DNA from: Raillietiella orientalis
Taxonomy: Eukaryota
Length of the DNA: 64,000 bases
Assembly: GCA_036172245.1 (NCBI GenBank)
Contig: JAYWIR010000004.1
Span: 4,712,001-4,776,000 of the forward strand
Reading direction: 5' to 3'
Part shown: positions 28,701-41,740 of the stretch, in pieces
Numbering within the stretch: the stretch's first letter is position 1
How the letters are laid out: each line of letters opens with the position of its first letter
Notes under the pieces: generated by a model
Database searches by the model: none
What the model saw: the letters and a program-made list of their open reading frames with translations, nothing else
Told to the model about the DNA's origin: nothing
Program-made: the position numbers and the translations under genes

Positions 28701-31700
28701 CCGAAGATCAAACCTTCAGCCATGATACCTGCAGCAACATGAAGCCTTGAGGATGAAAATAAAACTTCTGCATGAATATCACAGGTTTTATGTCAAGTGC
28801 TCGTGAGGGGAAATGCAAAGAATTTCTTGGGACTTTCACAGAGTTAGGCAGATGTTTCCTGCCAGCCCAAGTTTGTCACTGGTCGAAGTAAGAACACCCT
28901 GAGCAGTCTCTGAGGACATCGAGGGAAAGATGGAAAAAGCTCTTCGGAGAAGTTTCTAAAGTACCGCTTCTGCGAATCCAGGCAAGAGTCCTGGCCAAAC
29001 TTCGGAGCCTGCGAGCGGACAATTAAAAAGATTTTGGAAAAGGTCTGCCAGCGTCGTCACCTGAACGTCAGGTTGGATTGGATCGAAGTGGCTACTATGA
29101 TCCGTCGGACTGACATATTGGAATTCAACATGGAAAGAAAAGACCACGGCCCTTGAGTCATCTGAGTACCTTTACAGACGCTGCCGAAGTTTCTATGGAA
29201 GCTCACTAGTGTGCACCACGGCCATCAAAACTTGACATTCCAGGAATCGACAACTGGAAATGGGGAATTTCGTAGTGGATTCTCAGAGAGGTTTGCTTCC
29301 ACCGTCTGAGTAATGAATTTTTCTGCACTGGAAACCAAAAAGAGAGAACAAAAAAAAAACTCGCTTCTTTGTCTCATTGCTGGTGTGGATGATAAGGATA
29401 ATCCCTGATCATATACTCACCTTAGGCCCTCTGCGCTACCAAAGTAGGGAATGCTTCCTAGACCTTCGTTCGAAGGCATCATAGACATCAGAATGGGCAT
29501 CTTGGTCAGTTCCCATGCGCTTCTTGTGAAATGCACCTTTTTCCCCCACCTCATAAAGCCTACGGCGAGGAATCTGCCCTTCCCGACCCTGGCTCCATAA
29601 ACGTGAGACTCTAGGAAGACCTCATGCGGAGCCACACAAGGTCCACTCGGCGGATGGTTTCCTGTTTCCTGACTAGCATCCTTCATCTCTCCTGTATCAC
29701 CCGGTCGAACTGGTCCACACTGAGTATGAGAGTCTCCTTATGGCTCTAGAACGAAAAGGTCCTTTCTTGTTGCAACAAAATACTTCTGATTCTTCATGAA
29801 TGCTTGCACAGGATTGCAACCGAGTTGTCCTGCTCTTAGTACATCGTAATATGAAAACATTGGGATATTGAATGTAGTGTATAGGATATTGAATTGCGAT
29901 TGAATTGAAACACTGAAAAGATGATGAACACCCTAAATGTTTTAACTTCTCATAAGAGTAATCATCTCGTATTAAAACATGCTGTTCCTCGAATGATCAT
30001 GGTTCACTCTGAGATCACTCTGGGATGAGATGCCCATAATGACTGCCACAATAAATAACGATAATGATTACCAAGACGTAAATCACACCACGTTGCACCC
30101 AAGATAGGTGCTATCGGTGAGTTTGTACATGTGTAACATCCGTATGACCAGAAGCATCGCAGCAGCATCAAAGCCAGCATCGCTGAGGGCTGGAGCATAG
30201 CACTGTCATTAGTGGCATGTTGGTGATTAGTAGAGTCTCTGAAGGTCCCATTTTAGGGAATTTCGCAGCGTTCGAAATTCTTGTATTTCCGTAAGCGCCA
30301 TTTCATATCGGACTGTATCTTATCAATTTAAAATTCAGGAAATTTGAGGAGGCAGACATTTTATCTTGGGAACAAACATGAATTTTCGAATTTGAGTTCT
30401 GTCGTGTTCGAAACTGAGGAGCAGAAATTTAAGGATGAGCATGAGGCAAAAATTAGATTCGGGGTTTTGGGGCTACGACAGCTGAATACGTCGTCATAAA
30501 TTTTCGTCCTTAAGAATCTCGTTATTTTCCAGAGGGACGTCAGCAGAGCAGGGTAGCAGCTGATTCTGAGACATGCTAACCATGGTTAGCAGTGTGCTGA
30601 AGCTGGTTTCAAACAGTGGACTAAAACTTCTCAAATCTCCAGCCGCTGCTACAACTGCATTTCCTTGTGGACATCACAGGTAAGCAGTGGTGAGAAAGGT
30701 GGAGAGAAAAAAATCCTCTGCAACGGTTTCGGATGGTGCAGAAAGCGAAAAAGAAATCCGGAGTGGAGATCTAAATGTTTGTGGCGTCATCGGAAGCTGA
30801 TTACCGGCGCACAGAACGTACGATAACTTTTGCTCTGCGCAGTATGTGAAAGAGAAAACCTTAAGGATGAGTTTTCGTTTCTTTCTTGAAATAGAAAAAT
30901 CCTTCTTTTTCACTCCTGGATAAAGAGCTTTGGGGATGTTTAATTTCGGGAAAATGGCAGCATTGCTTTCATAAGGAGAGTGTGAAAATCTGGCACATGC
31001 ATTCCTCTACATCCTCAACTAAGTTTGTGGTCTAAGCTCTCTTTTATCTAATCTTCGTTCTATCTGAAACTAGAAACTGGAATTTCTTTTCCTGCCTTTG
31101 AGGCAGAGCTTCGTTTTTTTTTTTTTTTTACTATCCGTGGTACAGCAGCAATTTTGAATCAGCACGGATCTGACGGAACCTGTTCGAAAACATTCGCCAT
31201 GCTTCAAATTTCCATAAAGCATGTGTTGGTGGTCCACTTCTTTCAAGGTCCAGTTTTTCCAGTTCTTTGGAGTTTCTTACTCCGATCCAAGATCGTGCAT
31301 TCTGGTAATCCCCCAAAGCCGTGAAGATGCGATTTGAGAGTGCTCTTTTTGGAAGTTTATGAAAAGCAGAAAGGCTTTCAGGGTATGCCGGACTCGAGAG
31401 ATACGCTGGATTTCTCCTGGAAAAGGCATCTGTGACGTAATATGGAACTAGAAGCTTTTCAAAATCATCTTAGAATCATCTGGTTTTCTATGACAGGGCT
31501 AAAAATCATTTGGTCCTGCCATAGTAAACTGCAGTATCCCTGGAGCCCTGAATGAAATTCTAGAAAAAGCTCTATGCTGAATTCTTTAGACCCTTTTATT
31601 ACAGTAGTTTTGTGGATGTAAAAGCTCAAAGCTAAGTTTGGTACCTTTTTCCTGCAAGGGCGAGAACACAAAAGCTTGTCTCTCAAGTTGAAGGAGGAAG

Positions 31701-34700
31701 GTAGTTTAGAAGCTCGGAAAGCTCATTACACAAAAGTTTCACATCTACCTTCGTTGTAGTTATTGGATTTTTTTCACTGTGTAAGCTTTTTGTAAGGAGC
31801 TGTACTGCAGCATTTCGAAAAGAACTTTTGCTTTTGAACGCTCACCTAAGTTGCTTTATTTATTGAAGGGATATCTATGTATGAACAAGGAAATGAACTA
31901 AAGATGCTCACTTTGACGTTATTTTGCTCTGATGTGTTTCTAAAGGCACTACCAGAGAGTTCGCTCAGCTACAGCGGTATTCAGTGTAATGGTGCTGTTT
32001 TTGGGGGGTTTTTCAGATGTTCCAGGTGTGCTGGTTTCTTTAAAATTCAAACTCTTTCCTTCCACCTCTTCATTCGATTGTACTTAATTTTTTTTCACCT
32101 TCGGACAAAGCGTAGAAGCCCATGATTTTCGAATTCGATTCTTTCGGTCTTCTTGGGTACCAACAAAATGGACGGTCCGCATTCATCTAAAGGGAAGCAT
32201 AAACATTGCAGGGATCGAATTGAAGGTGAAGATTGGGATTAAGAAATGGCATTAAGCGAACCGATGCGCACGCAAAAATCATTGGCATTTCGAAAGAGGT
32301 GGAAGCAGGCCCTTGGAAACAAAACGAATATCTTCAGGATTCGGGGCTTGAAATCGAATTTGTAGTCAAAGCAACGGTTTCTGGGTAAACTCGTGCAACT
32401 GCCGCGAAGAGAGCTTTTTCAAACCCCCATCGAGAATGTAGAAAGATATCCACATGAATTTCACCATGAAATGAGTAAGCTTCTTCCTTCCATCATGGAC
32501 GTTTCCTAGCACAGCTTTCTTAGAGCGTCAGGGTGGGATCATGCATAGATTTCTTGACTTTTCAGGTCCCGTTTGATACATTGCCTACCATCATTCAAGA
32601 GTCATTTCTGTGCAGTGATGTTGTTGCTTGCCATTCGCATGAGACCAAGAATGCTGAAGTTGCGGACCTTACTCAACAAGAAAGCACGTGACATTTAGAC
32701 ACCATCGATAGTGATAAACAAACCCTTGTGTGAGGGATCCAGCAGCTGAGCTGCCCTCGTGATGAGCTTTAATTAGATGCAGCTCCCCAAAATTAGAATA
32801 CCTCTTTCTCACCCTTGTTATCGGCGTTCATCTTATGCAGTGAAAGAACAAAGAAAATGAAAAATCAAAGAAGATCTCTTGCGTACAAAAGCAATGACTT
32901 GCACATTGAACTCTAGTGTTCCACTCCTCTTGTTTTTTGCATGCTCTTGATCATGCCCGAGATACTCCAGAAGGAAAACAATTGAAGCAGCTGTCGACTT
33001 TGCGTGTTAGTATTGGACTGAACAAGCAAAAGTTCCTTCCTGAACTCACGTGCTGAGAAAGCAAGGGGTAGGAAACCGAGTTCTCTTCTGGAGAGGGGGA
33101 AAAAAACCAACAAACTCATTAAACCGTTCAGTAATAACTCGTTCTGCAGAACAGCCTCCCCTCCCCTCGTCTTGTTACCATCTGGTGAAAATTCTTCACA
33201 AAGGTGACTTTCACGGATACCTGATGATTTCGACCTTAGCCGAAATGCTTGCAGAAACTTCTGATGCTGAGAGAGGGAGCTTCCTCAAAAACGTGTGACG
33301 AGGCGCCTGGCAGTTTTCAGAACTCGAAACTTCTGAGTATTCGTTCGATCGGCATTGGTTGCCTTCCAGATTTGTTACATACTTGTTGTGGCTGCTCCAA
33401 AGGTTCGCAGAATAAAGAGCAAAGAACAAACTTTGAAACAGGAAAGTCAGAATGGCAGTGCTGTAGGATTCGTGCTCCTTTCCACAGTTTCATCTGTACC
33501 ACATAAAACAAAAGTGAACTTTTAGCTACTTGACAGAGACTCACGGGTGCTGAGATCCACATGGGGCTCGAAACAGCTTTTCTAGAAGCTAAATTCTGTA
33601 TTCTGATGGAATATTCGAGACCATAGCATTCCATTTTAGCTAGCCTTTTGGAAATGCATTCCAGGAACGCAAACAGTTAGAATACATGATCAAGTGTCGT
33701 CCTCATCTCCTAATCACATCGGACCAAGAGTATAAGAGTACCCCATGGCACTGCTACACTGCTCCCTACAGTGATTCATGGAATGGCGCCTGGGTAAGCA
33801 GTGATGCCTTGTCCTTGAAGGTCAGTTTAATCAGGCCATCCAGTCGCTCACGACAACCCTTTGCACCTTTGGCTTTGTATAGGAAGTGAGCTGCGAGAAG
33901 CATCTCTTATATATAATACTGTCTTTCCTTGCTTCGGTCCCGAGAAGAAAACCTGGAATTTTCCTTCAAAAATCGAATAGCTGGATCGAACAGTCTTCCC
34001 TTTTCTTAGGATGACCTTTGGTTTTTTTTCTCTCTCTCCTTGACCTTCTGTTATCAAAATGCAATCGTACAAGGTGCGCTCAAGATGTTTCCTTTCCCAG
34101 CATCCACTGGCGGGAATACTCGCTTCCAAAATGATTGAGCAGGTAGAAGGAATTTAAGGCAAGAAAACTGATGGGTCCACTTCTGGCATTCCTCAGTTTT
34201 CCTGCGCAGAGCCACAGAAATTCGAGACATCTTGCGAGGAGCAAAGAGGAAACCTAAGCCTACGGTGCTTCCGAGAGATTCTCAAAACAAGAAAGGTAAA
34301 ACGAAACGCATCCTAGTAATCTGAAGCGCTAACCCGAAAAAGCCAAATAAGGACCATGAAGGCAAGAAGAGAAATGGAAAAGAGGCGTCACTGTCAGATG
34401 CTTTGTCGACGAATAGCGAAGCAGTGGATGCACTCTCTCTCTAACCAACTCAGAGCAAATGAAGCAGATAAACCAAACAGTAGAGTACAAGAGCACCCTC
34501 GTCTTCCGGTCTTTGTCTCTGTCATAATCCTCAGTGGATCGTAAACTCCTCACTCACAGTTCTTGAAAATTCTGTTAGGGAAGCTTCACCCTTCTCGGTT
34601 TTCTCTTTATTCCTTCCATCCTTTTCTGGTTGGTGTGAACACGGAATTCATCGCGGGGCTTCTCATACTCAGATCTAACCTCCAGGCATCATAAAGCGCA

Positions 34701-35384
34701 CGTTTAGATGAATAATAGATTATATGGTAGCCATTTGATTTCAAAAATCCGAACCTAGAGTCTTGCTTTTCTTTAGAGGAGATAAAGAATATGCTTTGTC
34801 ATGAATAGCGTCAGCGCGACCTAAGGAAGGCAAACAGTATTATGTTTCCGGAACGCAACGCCAATTGCTGGCGGGTGCGGTCCATGCGCCTCAAACCACT
34901 AAGATCACATTTGCACAAAGCATTTGAAGGTGAATCGCGTCTCGTAAGGAGCAGCAGCGATGATCTGTTGAAATCACTGGATGTAGTGCCTCTTGAAGTG
35001 TACGTGAAAGAAGACTAGTAGAAAGCTTATTTGCAAGGAAAGCGTATCTAGCCGCAAGCTGCCCTTTCGTTGCCTCTACACTTGGCAGGCATAAATCTAC
35101 TCCCTTTTTCTGGATACAGGTGCCTGCAGGTTGAAAACGAAGATCTCAGAGGATATGAATTTTTGTCTTGCTACCAAATTAAAAGGATGCTTCTCTTCAC
35201 GAAAGGTTAACAGGATCATCTGCAAACACCCTTGTTCCAAAAAGTTTGTTCTGACGAAGTGCGAGTCATCAACACATGGGATATTTACATACCATGGGGC
35301 CATCAAGAATGTGATCTTTAATGCTTTCCGGAATTTAATCTTCACTCTTGTTGAAGGAATCAGTATGATGATTTCTCGTCTGGA

Positions 35385-36015
35385 TTACTTCGGATGCAGC
35401 TTGCTTGTGATACAATCTTCGGTGAAATCTGAGAGGATCGCAAGCCGTTGTTGAAGCTACAGAAGAATGTAAGAAGCAGGGAATTTACTGAACATAAGAG
35501 CCAGCGGCCAGCCGCACGCTCACTCTTGTGGTTTCCGCTCTTGTAAAACAAGGGTTGTCCTTTGCACGCCATTTTAAGATTTTGGATACGCAGAAACTAC
35601 GGAAAGCTTCCATTTCCGCCGAGGAATTCCCTGACATTTCCTGCTTCCAAATGTTTCTTGAAAGCTCGCAAAACTGCTGGCTGGAAGTGGAAGACATCGT
35701 GCTCGTCTGTTGCCGCTGGTCAAAAATTTTGCTTTCGAATGCGAGGAATCTTAGATTCCTCGCATTAGACTGCAGTTTACTTCGTTCCCGGTCGCGTATA
35801 TCCAGCAATTGAGGAGCGTCTGTCGAGCGCCCGGAAGCAATGAGAATTCCATCGGGTATCAGTGGCAGATTTGAGTGTGCTTTGGGCACACGAACACGCC
35901 GACAAAGCCTCTTGAAAACGTCGGCAGACAAATCAAAAACTAAGAGCCGCGGAGCGAAGTCTTGAGGCGGTCCCACTTGGTGAAGTTCCACCTCCTTTTT
36001 GTTTTCCTCTGCCAT
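35385..36015 (-). CDS. Candidate two-exon gene or pseudogene, hypothetical ~187-aa protein
   Basis: ATG in gaaATGG context at 36015, then 164 open codons to a phase-0 GTGAGC donor (35523). A 67-nt intron ends ttctgtag (35457), followed by LQQRLAILSDFTEDCITSKLHPK*. No family recognised. Confidence 0.3.
35738..35766. repeat. Perfect 29-bp palindrome (14-bp arms, 1-nt loop)
   Basis: aatgcgaggaatct-t-agattcctcgcatt. Confidence 0.95.
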
Positions 36016-37384
36016 TTCAAAGATGTTTTTATGAAGTGTTTTTTTTCTTTTCTAATTCCCTTATCGGGGAAAATCTGAATCTGATTTTCCCCTCACGAAA
36101 ATGATGAAGATGGCCTCTTAACTGGAGTATTTAGAGCGAAAGAGCGGTTTTTTTGTGCGAATGATGGTCAGTCGACGGATGTGCCCACAAATCAAGCCCC
36201 TGGAAGGCCTTCCAAAGGTCTTCAAAATAAAACATGCGTGTCTCTGAAATAACCACTGAAGCATAGCCGGCCCCAGCATTTGTCGAGAGATCCGAGGATG
36301 CACACAGTTAGTCCCAGAGCACCCGAAAGATGAGAGATGTTTATGGTCTCACTGAACCCTCCAGCCCTTAATCCAAATCTGAAAACGCTGGCTTCTCAGT
36401 GGAAACGGAATCTCAGCTGCCTCCAGGAAAGAGCTCTTCATTGCACCTTCTGGCAAACTCATGAGAATCCTCAACCAAATGTCGGGGAAAAAGGAACTCT
36501 TATGCAGAAGGGTCACGAAAAATTCCTAACTACCCAGAGGTAAGAGATTAACGATGGTCACCAGACCATGCTGCTTTCCATAGAAAGCAAAACTGGTCCC
36601 CTGAAATTCTTTCGAAATTAAAACGCACACTTATGGAAGGCATTGAACGTTTTCGTGGGCGCCTTTGGAGCGGATGTGCGGCACGGCGTCTGCCAAGGGC
36701 AACTCTCAGAAAGTCCAGCAAGAACAAAGGGTGGTTATTGGACTCGTTTAATCAATCCTCTCATCCTGGATCTCGTAATGACTAATCGGGAGGCTGTTCA
36801 GCTATGTCATTTCTCCGCGAGCAGGAGTGAACTCACATTAGTCGGATGTCCCAGACGATGTGACCAGTGAATTGCACCTCGAGTTCTGGATCACACAAGA
36901 GACCAAGTCATCACCTCGCTCAACATGCCCTTGAACGTTTAATCCTCTCGAGTTCTCCTCGTTCTTGGGATCCCAGGAAGAAAGGGGTCCAGCCACGAAG
37001 GTTCGGACGGATACCTGAACTCCAGAAAGGATAAGAAGATGCTCCTCCTCCTTTTTTTCTTTCTCTTCGGCAGGTGTTTCGTGAATGTTGACACCCTGAT
37101 ATTGTAGCACGAAGATTGTTCCTGATATTGTTCGGAAAGACGGGATATGATATATGATCCAGATGCAGACCTAGGATGTTACTCTTCCTGGAGACCTCCT
37201 CTCATCGTCCGGTGGTCGCCTTCTTTATCCTGCTCTCTGTCTCGTCGTGTCTCTCTGTGAGCAAAGGAGATCGCCACATGCAGTGCTTTGAGATATTCTT
37301 TCTTTACGTCTTTCTTTCTGGATACTCACAAACTGTTTCACCTCCACTGGGTGCATCGGAGCAACTCCCCAGCGCCGTCACATG

Positions 37385-37860
37385 GGGCTCACTGGACTCT
37401 TCCTTGGCGACTGGAGCCTCCCTTACAACGCCGGCCAACATCGCTGGACCCGAGAGGAAAGGAGATCGACCCAAACTGCAGCAATAGCGAGAAACATGAA
37501 CCTCTCCAGCACCTGCTCATGGACTGCGTCGCCATGCGACCGTTGCGGGAGCGTTTTGTAGCGACAACCCTCCGGACCCCATATGGCAACCACAGGGACG
37601 CACTAAAAGCCCTCTTCGTGCACAACTCATTGCCTCCAGCCGCATCCCTAGTAGTTCTTTGCCTGGAGCGATGCCGTAGGAAAAGCACTCTCTGGAGATA
37701 CGCAATCCACTTCGCCCCACATTTTTTGCAAAGGACGACGGGATGGCCTCACTGAAGAAAATACAAAAGGAACTTGCCGGCATCCTCGAGGGAATGCAGG
37801 AGACGACTCCCACCCCTTCCCGTGCCCTCAGGGCAAGTAACGACAGCTGACAACCGGCGA
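37385..37860 (+). mobile_element. Degenerate non-LTR retrotransposon ORF2 C-terminus (zf-RVT-like knuckle), L1/Tx1-like
   Basis: HWTLPWRLE...EIDPNCSNSEKHEPLQHLLMDCVAMRPLRERF...CLERCRR...GWPH fits a degenerate C-x2-C...E..xHLLxxC pattern of L1/Tx1 ORF2. Confidence 0.7.
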
Positions 37861-38094
37861 GGTGGGAGTTTTCCTGCACCACCGCAGGAAAAACGAGGCT
37901 CCTTGGCGGCTGGAAGACGCGCTAGATGGTGCATGCTGTCACTTTGAGTACCCTGGCGACGGGACTGCTTTGATGGGGTCAACTTCTGAGTCAACTTTCT
38001 TCTGAGTGTTGCCCCCAAGGAGCTCGTGGTCCCTTCCAGTGTTTGTTTCTTTCCAATCCAATGGGTACTTCTAGTGTTGCTGCCGCTCTCTTGG

Positions 38095-38821
38095 AAACAG
38101 GCTGTGCTGCTCCTTCTGCATTGGCGACTCCAGTTCAATGAGCGCCGGAACATCCAGATGCGGCTGGCGAAGTCGATCCCGCTGCACCTGCTTTTGGACT
38201 GCGATGCCCTTCAGGAACTGTGGCAGAGGGTAGCATGAGAGCTCATGCACCAGGAGGATATCGCCCGCGATCAACTGAGACGGTTCTTCGCTCCGGGAGG
38301 ACTTCGACGGGAGCGGTGATTGCAACGATGGATGCTCGCATCCGTGTCGGAGACGATGACGCAGCGAAGGGAGGTCACCGGGATGGCAGCCACCTACATG
38401 AGCATGGCTGAAAGATGGCCTCACCTGCAAGGAGTCAAGGATGAGATCGCTGGCATCCAGAGACGGTTTTGAAAATGAAGGAACGGGGATACTGGTGACC
38501 CTTGTCCCCACCCCCTCTTTATTTACTGTGTTTTTTTGTTTTCTCATTCCTCAGTCCCCTTTCTCTCCGTATATTTCCCGGTTTTTGTATATTAATCCGG
38601 TGTATACGGAGCGAACCCAAAGACCCCTGCCGCAACCTCCCGGGCTTCCGCATTTTTTTGTGCTATCCCTCCTCCCTTCTTCCGTTCTGGACTTTTGGAT
38701 ATTCCGACCTGAATGTCGGTGGACCCTTCCCCTAAGCTTCTTTTGTGTACCTTTGGGAACCAGCGTGTCTCCGGCTGATTTATTTTTATAAAATGAACTC
38801 CCCGGCGTGACCGGGTGAAAA
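38095..38821 (+). mobile_element. 5'-truncated non-LTR element 3' end with complete 3'UTR and terminal hairpin
   Basis: LLLLHWRLQFNERR...LHLLLDCDALQELWQRV...ERWPHLQGVKDEIAGI, then a T/C-rich UTR (38500-38790) ending aaatgaactccccggcgtgaccgggtgaaaa. Confidence 0.75.
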
Positions 38822-39239
38822 TCCATCGCGACTCACCTGAGCGTAAAGCAGGAGAGGGGGACTCCGAAGAGATCGCTGGTGTAACTCATGGGCGGGATTC
38901 CGGAAGACCTCCCAGATCCTCCTGGCTAGTCGACGGGTCATCCGTCCGCGAACGCGAATGCGCCCTACCGGCACACGCCCGAAGCTCGAGACATCTCCGT
39001 GTTATCTCGCGGGAAGACTGGAATCGACGGCCGGAGGACGGGCACGTCCAAACGGCCGTCGATCCTTACACGGGAGCGGTTCGAGCACGCGACGCCCGGA
39101 GCCGAGCGCATACGCAGGGGGCCACACGGCCGCCGCCAACGTGGGCATCTAGAGTTGGCGGTTCATACATCTTGGCCAGATGCACCTGCTGCATCAGAAG
39201 GCTTGCTGACAGAACCATACAGATTATGAGCACATCGGA

Positions 39240-39730
39240 AGCTCCCCTTCCAGAAGCTACTATTCGAAGGCAGCGCAGAGAGGAGAGTTCGTTCCTAGAA
39301 GGCGTTCAGCCTTCCGTCAAAAGCGAACGCCGGAGGAGCTGTACGAATGCAGTGTCCCCTTGTGGATTCTGGAAGAATCATCAACACATCTTTTTCTTCC
39401 TCAGGAACTCCGAAACTCGGGCATCGTCGGCAACTTGTGCCGAGTGTTTGCAAGGACTCCGGATAAACCCTCTGAGATTCCAGGCTTCCCACTAGGTGAC
39501 TCCATTTTTTTCCCAGCTTCATCGGAGCCCTTCGGACTTTCCGGAGCATGTGGATCTTCTTGTGCAGTGAAGAACACTCTAAAGGATCCATTGGATCCGA
39601 AAGACCCCCAAGGTATGAGCTCCTTCCCGCCACGCGGCCTCACCCGCGTGGCGGGTAGGAGCAGAAGGGCAGTGTGCAGAAGGCAGTGGCAGAAGGATGA
39701 GGCCTCTCGATCCTTATTTAAGGGAAAGCA
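39240..39730 (+). mobile_element. Degenerate non-LTR ORF2 C-terminal fragment
   Basis: SERRRSC...PCGFWKNHQHIFFF resembles the zf-RVT knuckle. A cggcctcacc relic of the RWPH codons lies near 39635. Confidence 0.45.
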
Positions 39731-40699
39731 GTCGACTACCCGTCATCTCTCGGAATTCGGCGTGCTGCTCGTCAGGATCAGCTCGGCGTGCTGCTCAGAT
39801 TCAGTTCGTCGGTCCGAGTATTCCCAGGATGCGCGCAGAAGGACCGCTGTTGATCGGGAGAGATCCCTTCGGTGAACGGGCGGTTCCCGGATAACTCCAC
39901 GCTTCCTGCATCGGGGGTCCGTATGCGGCGTGTGCCGCGCGCGCGCACGACGGCGACTGTGGGTAGGAAGAGGAAGCTTCCCCGAACCACGCATGGCGCG
40001 GATCGGAAGAATCCGTCCCAAGTCAGATGATACGGGCCCTCGCGCCCTTTCGTTCGGGCCGGGAGCTCGCGGAGGAATCCCGCGGATGTCCTTGACACGA
40101 CACCTGCCGCGCGGTGTTACTTCGTCCCGGATCGGATCTTCGCTAACCCTCAACCTCACACGCCACCTTGCTCCTCCGAGGCATGGAGGCATCCCGTCCG
40201 GCCAGCTGGCTACGCCTGCAGCGGGATGACACCTTGCCTGAGAGTCATCTTCGTGCTACAGGAGGCAGGATGGTACCTCCAGCAGGCTCCTGCAGAGAGG
40301 AAGGACACCGCCTGCATTGTTCGAGGACGCTCCGAGGCTTCTTGAACTTTTCTTCCTCCGTCATTGAAGCATCTTCGTCCATTCACAGTTCCCCTAGCAT
40401 CTCCCACCTTCGACCCATGTAACTCAGGCAAGAACTCAGAGCTTAGTTCTCAGGCTCGATCTCAGTGCTCGGACGGTTACCAGGGGCAACAACGTAAAAA
40501 TAAGAAAAGAAAAGAAAAAGTCAAACCACCAACACCCAAAGGCCAGTTGTCTCGATCCTCATCTATTGATTGGCGCTCCCACATAACTCCCCGCTTCTAA
40601 TTCAGGTGAGTCGAGTCGTACGTTGGGAGGCACCCACCGCAAGTTTTGACCCCTCGGACGTACTTTGGACGTGTGACGCTTGTTCACGTTTCGCTTACT

Positions 40700-41740
40700 T
40701 GTTGAGGATAAGTGGCCTCCGGAACGAGTAAGGACGCGTGTTCGAGGCCATCCCCCGCGCGCTTACCACCGAGGAACACGCAAGATGGCTGACGTGAGAG
40801 GCGAGTTTGTCTTCTGGGCACGTCTGCCTCGCGTTCCGGTTCAGCACCGCGCGCCGTCCTGCCCGAAGGGGAGGAAGGGAAGCAGCTCTCAGAACGCAAT
40901 GCTCGGAAGATCACCTCGTTGGAAATTTCCTCTCGAGGTGATCACATAAAAATCACTTCGTTTGATGGGAGGGGAATCGGGTCGAGTGGCCTTCGGCCAG
41001 CCATTACCGAGGGCCGGTCGAGACTCACCCCTCTGCTGGATGACGCTGAGGAACCAAACACGCGGCACCTCTCGACCGCGTGCGAACCTGGCAGCCATCG
41101 GAAGACGGGCGATGGACGAAGACGAACGCATCGGCGGCAGGATCCCTGGATAGGGTCGCAGGATACGGTAAATAACGAGACTCAAGCAGGGAATCCGAAG
41201 CGGAAGATGATGATGACCTTTGAGCTGCATCACGCGCGGCCCCACGAAGTGTACGAGCTCGAGGAATGGGTGCCATGGGCAAAAACTTTGGAGGGTCCAT
41301 GCGGAATTCGTGATCTCCAGAGTCTGCATGGACGGCTCTGTGCTCTTTTCCCCGCTCCGGGGAACGCTGGCGCTCTTTGTCTCATCGGGGTATCCCACGC
41401 AAATGAGTGACGGCACCGAGCAACAACCGGGAAGTGCTCACTGTATGAGATGCGGTGGGATCGAAACGCACCTACTGCTGAAGTGCAGTACCCTTCTACC
41501 AAGACGGGGAGTATCTGGAGCTGCCGCTCTCCCGCACCCGGCCGAATGGCGAGGAGTCTGCTTCTTCCTCGGGAGTGCCCTGCAGCAGCAGCATTAGAAG
41601 CATCCTGGTGACGACCCGAATCGAGAAACCACTACAAGATAGGGAGCTTCCCCTTGTGTTCATTACCATGGTGCAACGTGCTAGAAACTGACTCGTCCTC
41701 AAGGAGAACGGCAAAAAAAAACCCTCTTTGCTAAAACATG
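40700..41740 (+). mobile_element. Degenerate non-LTR ORF2: RT thumb through zf-RVT-like knuckle
   Basis: HPPRAY...EFVFWARLPRV...PKGRKG matches the thumb-region F.W...PK..GG pattern. It is followed by VPWAK and GSAHCMRCGGIETHLLLKC, with multiple frameshifts. Confidence 0.65.

Noticed and set aside
30573..30679. Possible first exon with mitochondrial-presequence-like peptide (MLTMVSSVLKLVSNSGLKLLKS...) ending at CAG|GTAAGC
   Set aside because: Too short and no downstream exon could be linked. Composition alone is insufficient.
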